NCBI GenBank assembly: GCA_964016885.1
Contig: OZ024743.1
Coordinates: 202,864,001-202,928,000, forward strand
Direction of reading: 5' to 3'
Source: Eledone cirrhosa
Taxonomy: Eukaryota
Length of the DNA stretch: 64,000 nucleotides
Part shown: piece by piece, positions 54,955 through 64,000 of the stretch
Position numbering within the stretch: the first letter of the stretch is position 1
Layout: the number at the start of each line of letters is the position of its first letter
Translations under genes and position numbers: made by a program
Notes under the pieces: model-generated
Database searches by the model: none
Seen by the model: the letters and a program-made list of their open reading frames with translations, nothing else
What the model was told of the DNA's origin: nothing

Positions 54955-56128
54955 TCAGAGAGAAGGAGGCAGATAGAGAGACAGATGCATGATAGACGCG
55001 TGGATGTATATATAATTTTGAAACCTGAGAGCTTCTGTACACCTGTATATATATGTGTGTGTGTGCGTGCGCGTGTGTGTATATGTGTGTGTGCGTGTGT
55101 GTGTGCGTACGTGTGTGTGTGTATGTGTGTGTGTGTGTATGTGTGTGTGTGTGTGTGTACATGTGTGTGTGTACGTATATATATATATAGCAAATTTAAT
55201 ATAGAAATGGCTTCTACAGGATTGAGACTTTGGTGACGAGTTCCTTCGATTTCCTTGCCTGAAACTGCTAACCTTGTATCGTTATAGGAAAGAATTATTA
55301 TTATATGGTGTGATTACTTTTTGTTGTTGTTAAGGTGGTGTATTGTCAGTATCGGTAATGAATTTCAAAAAATGCTTTACTGTATTTACTTACGACTTTC
55401 TAAGTTGTAAATACAAAACTCTTCGAGTTCAACACTGTGTTGCATCTTACGTGTCCGATGAAATAAAATACAATTTAAGTACTAGGATTAATATAACCGA
55501 ATTATCCTTTCCACAAATTATTGGCTTTGTGCCACTGTTAGACATAATTATTATGGTTTTAAATATTTTGTTTGTGAAATGACCAGAAATATGCCTCCTA
55601 TCTATCAAAATACAAGATAAATATATGATTCTTTGTATTTTACCTTAAAATGTTTAGAATATTATAGAATGCATAACAAAATTCTTTGTTATAATTTTTC
55701 ACAACAAACCAATATATTTTTCTTCCTCGTAACACAATATTAACATAAACTAAACTTAATCGTAAATTAATCAATTCTTAAGCAACAAAGAATATAGTTC
55801 AGATGAGAAACATATGAGATGTTTCTATTTATTATTCAAATATTTCAGCTTTTTTATTTCCACAAATATCTTTCGGGAATTTTTATATGAATAACATATA
55901 TTCTCTATTTCATATGTATAGAGTTGTATGGATATATATGTTGCATGTATGTATGTATGTATGGGTGTATTTGTGTGTGTGTGTGTGTGCGTGCGTGTGT
56001 GTGTGGGGGGGGGGGGTATAGATAATATAATTTAGAAAATCACAAACACAAGAATATATATGCATTTAAAAAGTCTTTGGACAGTTTTTGCATATTCTTT
56101 CATGTATGAATGTTTGTATGCCAACATT

Positions 56129-56191
<63 letters not shown>

Positions 56192-56196
<5 letters not shown>

Positions 56197-56328
56197 AAAA
56201 TGTTTAATCCCACGGCGGAGCTCAAGCCTTTTCGACGGCTATTTCCTATTACCCACTCTACTACCCTAAGTATTGAGTACTCTGGTGCGTTATGGTCCAT
56301 CTAGTTCCTTACTACACTTCCTTCGTTA
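56192..56328 (+). mobile_element. Family A mini-element (inverted arm plus tail)
   Basis: ataggaaa..gagctcaagccttttcgacggcta followed by ttcctattacccac..cttcgtt(at)n. Confidence 0.8.
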
Positions 56329-56356
56329 TATATATATATGTATATATATATAACGA

Positions 56357-56736
56357 AGCTCAAAAGAGCCACAGAATGTTATAATAAACCTTCAAAAGTG
56401 TGGGACTAGAGTTGTTACTCAAACATATTGTAATCATTATCTATCGTACATTCTGTGGCATCCTTTATGAAAATATCACAATAAATACATCTATATTTAA
56501 TAATATTACGTAATTATTTATAGCTGTTATTATATTAAACATAGATGTATTTATTGTGATATTTTTATAAAGGATGCCACAGAATGTACGATGGATAATG
56601 ATTACAATATTTTTGAGTAACAACTTTTGAAGGTTTATTATAACACACTTTTGAAGGTTTATTATACACACTTTTGAAGGTTTATTATACACACTTTTGA
56701 AGGTTTATTATAACATTCTGTGGCTCTTTTGAGCTT
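56357..56736. repeat. Fold-back element with a tandem 22-23-bp expansion in the right arm
   Basis: Arms mirror around about 56515. acttttgaaggtttattata occurs four times. Confidence 0.85.
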
Positions 56737-57273
56737 GCGCATTTTTCATGTCTAGTTTAATATTTTTTTAAGGCAACGCTTGTAATAACTCTAGTTAAAC
56801 ATGATATATATTAATAATAAATTATCGTTGTAATGTAATTAGATTATATAATTGTTATTATAAATGATCTTATAAATATTAGTGTAAGATGTATAAAAAT
56901 ATTTTCAGACTTTTAATATAAACAACAACAAAAAACAATCAATATTAATAGAAAACATAACATAAATAAACAATATAAAAATAAAATATTTACATACAAT
57001 TGCAATTATCATTCTATATACATTTTCTTTATTCCCTGAGCAAATTAATGAGTTTTGTTCTTATTGCACATAATTTGATGACTTTTTGGAGTGTATTAAA
57101 AGATAACAACAATTTGTGATTAAATTGTTATCTTAAGCAACTCTCTTTTTAATAGTTGTTGGCTGAGCAAATATTTTAAAAAATACACAAACTACATTTC
57201 CCTGTATTGTTGCAACATTAGATAAAATAATTGAGCAATGTCGTGAGATTTTGCTCTTATTGCACATTAATAG

Positions 57274-57440
57274 TGTTTCTATTTTAGGCACAAAGCCATT
57301 ACCTCAGTCCATTACTGGTACTTTATTTTATCGAACTGGTAAGGATGAAAGGCAAAGTTAACCTCGGCAGGATTTGAACTTAGAACGCAAAGGGCCATAA
57401 CAATGCTGCAAAGCATGATGTCTGACGCTCTACCAATACT
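57274..57440 (-). mobile_element. tRNA-derived SINE
   Basis: Matches the other copies. Confidence 0.85.
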
Positions 57441-58525
57441 TGTGTTGAGCTGGTCACCAATGTGTGGTGGTCGTGCGTCGAGTAGAACAACAAGCGCTAG
57501 TCGAAATAGTATGAACAAAACATTTTTATTTGTCGAAGAACATATTTTCAATACTGTTTGTGAATGGGCATCTACTTATAGTGACAGTGTATTACTGGTA
57601 CTTTATTTTATCGACCCCGTAAGAATGAATGGCAAAGCTAATACTGACAATAATGCAAATGTGTAATAGTGAAAATTTGCGCCTTTTCAATAATTTATCG
57701 TTTGCTCACGTCGCATTAAAGGGAAATAACTCGTCTCTTAACTGCATTTATACATTTTAACTGAAACATCAATATTACACATTCGATTTGAAATTTAATT
57801 TGACCGATCTCTCCGCTGGAGCTTAATCGATAAGTTTAGATGTGTGGCGACCGTTTTAGTAGAGAGACAGACAGACAGACAACCTCAGTTTTATATATAT
57901 ATACATATCAAAGACTTTTAAACGCGTGTGACACAGATTTTTACAATGTTTTTAGAAACATTATTTTTACAAATATTTACAAAGTGCAGTTAGTATTACA
58001 ATCGGAACTCTGCCTATAATCGATTGCAATATATAAAGATGAACAAGATACAAAAATATATTTCTTTATTTGGCACAAGGGCGCACAAGACATTACAGAA
58101 CATGTATATACGCTATTTTGAAGTGTTTAAATATTTTTTACAAACAAAAATTTAGAATCGTTTTGTACAAACGATAAATTTTAAAATATTTGTACAAACT
58201 TTTACGATAGACTTTCATGTTATCTATTGACCGCCTAACCCTAACCCTAACGTCAATATATTACATTTGTTTTAAAAATAGTTAATATAATTTGTTTAAA
58301 TCATATAACGACGAAATAACAGAAATAAATGAACTAGGAATACAAACAAAAAAACATAGCGGATGTTTTTGAACAACACTTACTCTGATTGGTTGAAAAT
58401 TAGCAAATGGCATGTAATCACCACGACCACGGCCATACCTTGAACAAAAAATTGACGATCTACACATATAGGTTAGAACACTAAAGTGACTAAAACATTC
58501 TGTTGTTAGTCACTTCGTGTCTAAT

Positions 58526-58560
<35 letters not shown>

Positions 58561-58719
58561 ATTTACGTAGTTATGTATTTGCATGCAATTGTTCTCTCCA
58601 CTCCACATAATGACGTATTATCTTCGTTTTTTCCGTTCATTGCCAGAGAACGTCTCCATGAACCACCTAATAGAATATTAGTCTACGTCTAATATAGCAT
58701 AAACGTGGTTTTGTCTTTG

Positions 58720-59330
58720 CGTGTAATTGTTTAACACAAGCTATCGAGAAGAAAGATTTTTAATTGGCAGAAAAGTTTTGAAAGAGGATCGAGAAAATAT
58801 TAAAGTCAAACCTCGTTCTGGAAGGACAATCTCATCAGCAAATAAACAAAATTTGGAAGTGGTGTCGGTGGTGTTGGCGAAAATCGGTGATTAAGTTTTT
58901 AGGATGACCACAGCAGAAACGGGCTTGGTGAAAGGTGCAGTTCAGAGAATTTCAAAAGACCATTTGGACATGCAACGATTTATGCAAAACAAGCGCCTAA
59001 ACTAGTCTGTGGAGCAAAAAGCGAAACTGTTGGAAATTTGTCTGGATTTGCAAGTAAGACTCGAAATTGTACCAAGGTTCGTGGATAACAGGAGATGAAT
59101 CATGGGTGTTCGAGTAAGATCAAGAGACACAACGGTAACATTCTTTTCGTCCGAAAAATGACGCTTGAGCATATTCAGGATGAACCGATGATTTTCATTC
59201 TTTTTTCAATACAGAGGGATGAATGTGTGGTAAAAAGGATACCCGTCAAAAATGGCAACACTAAATCTGAATATTATAGTTTTATGGAGAATGAATATCC
59301 ACAAATTTGGGGACATAAGAAGTAGTATAA
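58720..59330 (+). pseudogene. Decayed mariner transposase
   Basis: LSRRKIFNW..KPRSGRTISS, VQRISKDHLDM and ITGDESWVFE*DQET. Confidence 0.8.
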
Positions 59331-59789
59331 CGTCATTCCTGGGGAGGTTGTGGTGTCGCAGCACAAGTAATACAAAATGTGGATTAGCAATAGCTCTATC
59401 TAAGCGTGATTCGGAAGAGAGCGCCGTTGAGAGGTTTCTTATATTTAAACATTTTATATATGCTTTCTTGTAAGCCTCTATTAAAACTGTGGAGTTATTT
59501 GTTTATTAACATGGGGGTGGATTGTAACGTGAATACATCTAAAGTCACGAGGCTCTTCACTACACCATGTTTTCTTTTATACACTCAAGATGTGTTTAGA
59601 GTATAAGAATATTTTCTATATATCAGTATTACTCTAATGTGCAATAATCATCATCACTTCAGAATGGTATAGACATCTAGTTTCAATTTGCTGCTTTGTT
59701 AAGGAAAAGAAATCAAAGATATAAGTAGTCTATGTAAAATTTAAAAAAAATAAATTTCATTGTGAAGACAAAGACAAATAACGTGTTGA

Positions 59790-60520
59790 TTCTGTTTTAT
59801 CAGAGAAACTAAGGTAGGAATCCGAATCATATCACCATCAAGTTTACATGGATTGTTAATGTGGTTTTCGAAGCATTTCAAAATTTCTTTTGTATAGTCA
59901 CATATGACGAACAGAGATTAAACCTTATAATTTCCAGGTGAAATCCCAAGTTATAGATCAGATATTAGCATAAAAATGGCTTCACGAAAAACTAAAGCTT
60001 TCTTACAATTTTCATTAAATTGATTATTAAGGAAAGTTAATTGCCTATATATGTAGGAAAGGAGCAGAAATGAGGACTCTCAAGTTCTCCCGATTATTCA
60101 TATATTATCACAAGATAAACGGAAACAGCCAGCTGATATAGATCGATTTGTTTGTATTGAGATTTCGGATGAAGAACGATGCTCTGATTCATAGATATCG
60201 TGAGCCCGGTGGACATATCATTTTCAATAGTCCATCCAATAGTCTATTTAAGGAAGTAAACTTGAGAAACGATTTCTGAAAAAACTTACAACAAAACTAT
60301 TGCGACTGAAAATTCCAATTCAATTTGCAGACGATATAATCTGATGAATATGGTAATTACGCAAACGTGAGTTCAAAGTAGACAATTCATAATGTATAGC
60401 CCTACACGCAATAGAAAAATGAAGATTATATCAAATATTGGAAGTGTGGCTACGGTGAAGTCAGTAAATTATCGCTACAACTAGATTATCACAATATTGA
60501 ATCATGTGATAATTTAAATA
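59790..60520 (+). pseudogene. Highly decayed Helitron Rep domain
   Basis: VGIRIISPSSLHG (cf. IILPSSFTG), PGEIPSYRSDI (cf. DRPD), DIDRFVCIEISDEE (cf. DID..VSAEIPD) and TVKSVNY. Confidence 0.65.
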
Positions 60521-63129
60521 ACGTATTGAGGAGAGGTCCCATATGAGTCCCAAACACTTGTCAATGCATGATATATTAAAACTTCCTTTATCTGTGAGTT
60601 TCCTATATAAAAGCAATGTTCACCAGTGCATATAACTGCATTGCATCTATAGAATAAACAGATTTTTCTTTTTTAGTTTTACAAAAGAACTCAATGATGT
60701 AGCTGCGACGCTGAATAGTATCATTTGCCCAGAAACCTTCCACTGTTAAGGATAATTGAATATTGTGATTGTGAAAGTTTAAGCAGTTGGAAAAAACAGA
60801 TTTGGAGAGGCTGTACAAATGAATGACATGGTGGGAAGCTCTCTGTTATGAATCTGAATGATCATCACAGGTTGATTTGTATTAACTACTTCTCAATGGG
60901 CTTGGAAAAGTATCGACCTGCTGGATTGTATAACAAATGTTCTGAAACAGATAGTAGGATCGACGTCTCTTATTCCAAATGCATAGATGTGAGCACATTA
61001 AAGAGAGAAGCGAGTGAAAATTAATTGGCGTGTAGGCTCAAGAAAGAGAAACCAAAAGTTTCGTATTGTTGAATATGCTTGATAAGGGATGAAGATCATT
61101 CTTACTTAAGCAATATGATTGCCACAGCAATTCTTCTTGTTAGCTTTTCCATGCCCTTTCTGAAGTGGAAATTTCTAAGCTTATGATTTATGGAGATTTG
61201 GTTACTATTTCTTTCGTGCATTGTGTTTGCTTTTATTGTTGTTGTTGATTAGATTATCGTCATCGTTGACTCAGTAGAAATGTGGTCAATGGAATTCGTC
61301 GTGGCCATCTTAGATATTCTAAGTAAAAATGCCTATCAGATTTTCTACTGCGGTAGGATGTAATATCAGGTGAAATTTGTTACATTTTCAAGAGAAGAGT
61401 CAACGTCGCATTGCACACAAGTATATAGACATCAATCAAAGAGAAACTTCCCTTTTCTAAAATTAGCCAAGCATTCTATATGTGGCAAGTAATATTTGCT
61501 GTTAAAACACTCTGAAAGCAAGATGGCCACATAATTATAGTAGTACAATCTTCGAAATACTAAGAACCATCAGACGTTTGACCTACGACATTAAAGCGAT
61601 CAGCTATACACATCTTGAAGAACATTTAAAATTAAATTGCAGACAGTATTTCAAAGGTTAAAGACACAATTGATAACAGAGTAAAAGTTTCATTTCGAGA
61701 TAGATTAAAGGTAAGTTCTGTCCGACGCACAGAGACTCATTAAACCCGTCCCTACATCAGTTTTATCGGAGTTAAGGTGACAGATTTTGCAAGATTTCAC
61801 ATTGGAGCGTATACTAGTCCGTTGAAGGAGGAACACCCTAGCCGATGCTAGTACACATTTCAAGTATCAAACCCACAACCTTTAAATCAGGAGCCTAAAT
61901 ATTCGACTATTAATCCCGGGTAACTAAAGTTTGTGGCGAGTTAATGATCATAAGTCTGTGCCTCCAATCACTGAAGCGTCCAATTTCATGTTGCAGCAGT
62001 TTACACTCAGGAGAAAGACAATTAATAGCAGCATTATCTGAGATTTAACCGTATAATGTGACAGTTAGACACACTAAAGTAGTGTAAGCTCTTGTCTGAT
62101 AAACCTTCTTGCTTCAATTTGAGTTTCAAGTAGATGAATAAAATGTTACATATCGCTATTAAGTAAGGTAATATATAGCTCGAACACACTATACTCGCTT
62201 GTATATATATATATATATATATATATGTGTGCGTGTGTGTATATATATTTATTAATTTTAAACAAAAGTTGTATCTCATATCGCTCTATTTCTGATGTGA
62301 ATGGACACCGGGATATTACAGTGATTGCATAACCCGACTAGTAATTGCGTAAGCATCTAACGAAGTCATATGAACAGAGATATATATAATGCAATAAAAA
62401 ATTATGTTAATTTAATCGCGTCTTAACTACCATTATTTTATATATATATATATATAAAGTAAAGCATGTCCATAGAATCATTTGATAATATATATCATTT
62501 CTTCTCCCAATTAGCACAATTAACCACACAAAATATCAATTAGACCAGGCTATAAGATTAGAAGGCACCTATGAAGAAACAGTAAATAAATAAACGATAG
62601 CAGCGTCTTCGCGACCAACCGCTATAGAATATTTACCCAACATTTCAACAGCACGTGGAAATTAATTAAATGCTTATATACATACCAGGATTAAATTCCT
62701 AAATCCCGACCCATGGGTTTCGTTCTCATTTTAAGATATCCTATTAAGGATAAATCTCGAGTCTTCAGGGGACAAACTCGCTAGGACAGATTATTTTCTG
62801 AAGTGGCCCCCGCCAAACACGAATTCAAAATGGCTGAGAACTGTGACGTCGCAGTGGTCAAGTCAGAAAGAGTGTGATTGGTTGCTTACGGCGAGAAGAA
62901 ATGATATATATTATCAAATAATTCTATGGACATGCTTTACTTTATAGTATTTTGCTCTGATTATTTAATTTATTAATTCTTCATTGAGCCACATCGTGAA
63001 TAGTTGGCAAAACACATATATATCTGTGTCTTTGTTTAATTGGTGTATATGTAAATATTTATATGTAAGTATGTATGTCTACGTACATACATATATGTAT
63101 ACAGACGTACAGTAGCATGCATATACATA

Positions 63130-63962
63130 AGTAAGTGCCGTACTAAGAGTTAGAAATGAAATTTCGTTTTCATTTTATTACAACTTATCCTTTTCGGTGC
63201 GCGTGGCCGACTGAACTCACTCGATATGCAAATTAGGTTGCCCAGCCGTTAATTTTCATAAGGAAATTATATACTTTCGAACGTTCAACCATCTGGCAGA
63301 AGGGTATACGGTGCTGATGATAGCTAAGAAGCTTGAAACTAGTACATCGTTCCTGTGTCAGTGTTGAACAAAAAGGTGACGTGGTTGCCTTAAAACCGTA
63401 CGGCATAAATTCAGGCTGTCAGTTTGTTTACAAACGGAGCAAGCGGGCGTTATAATAAACGTCCGCTAAACTGATACGTACATATATGTATGTGTACCTG
63501 TATGTATATATATATATATATATGTATATGCATGCTACTGTACATCTGTATACATATATATATATGTACGTATACATACATACTTACATTTAAGTAAGTG
63601 CCGTACTAAGAGTGAGAAATGAAATTTCGTTTTCATTTTATTACAACTTATCCTTTTCGGTGCGCCTGGCCGACTGAACTCACTCGATATGCAAATTAGG
63701 CTGCTCAGCCGTTAATTTTCATAAGGAAAGTATATACTTTCGAACGTTCAACCATCTGGCAGAAGGGTATACGGTGCTGATGATAGCTAAGAAGCTTTAA
63801 CTAGTACATCGTTCCTGTGTCAGTGTTGAACAAAAAGGTGACGTGGTTGCCTTAACACCGTACGGCATAAATTCAGGCTGTCAGTTTGTTTACAAACGGA
63901 CAAAGCGGGCGTTATAATAAACGTCCGCTAAACTGATACGTACATATATGCATGTGTACCTG

Positions 63963-64000
<38 letters not shown>
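63130..64000 (+). repeat. Tandem 463-bp HHR-containing unit, at least two copies, running off the window
   Basis: 63130-63592 is repeated from 63593. Preceded by an inverted piece (63063-63128) of the unit end. Confidence 0.9.
63309..63349 (+). ncRNA. Minimal hammerhead ribozyme (second copy at 63772-63811 has a broken GAAA)
   Basis: CGGUG-CUGAUGA-U-AGCU(aaga)AGCU-U-GAAA-CUAG-UA^CAUCG. Confidence 0.85.

Noticed and set aside
56620-56715. CRISPR-like short direct repeats
   Set aside because: No unique spacers, no cas genes, and a eukaryotic context.
58233-58251. Telomeric (CCCTAA)n
   Set aside because: Only about three units and interstitial. Such runs are common inside transposons.
60603-60950. 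Possible host exon on the minus strand
   Set aside because: All three frames after the candidate acceptor contain stops, and no domain was recognised.

Overview
Gene-poor, AT-rich metazoan DNA saturated with (TA)n, (CA)n, (CT)n, (TACA)n and (GATA)n microsatellites. The SINE type and repeat density suggest a coleoid cephalopod such as Octopus (inference). No host protein-coding gene can be supported, and most predicted ORFs are microsatellite artefacts. The non-simple sequence is nested transposons: at least five Penelope-like element (PLE) families (RT plus GIY-YIG), CRE, RTE, R4/Dong-like and Tx1/L1 LINE fragments, a tRNA-derived SINE, Helitrons, hAT and other MITEs, and a decayed mariner. 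The most notable signal is about 15 hammerhead-ribozyme (HHR) motifs in PLE-type 3' ends embedded in (TA)n. These include a U3:A8 covariant core with a 37-nt loop II in a young, ORF-intact PLE (17151-20632), a family with a stem II over 100 nt, a CAGAAGA-core family, fold-back mini-elements, and a 463-bp tandem retrozyme-like unit. All folds were read by eye and coordinates of decayed elements are approximate.
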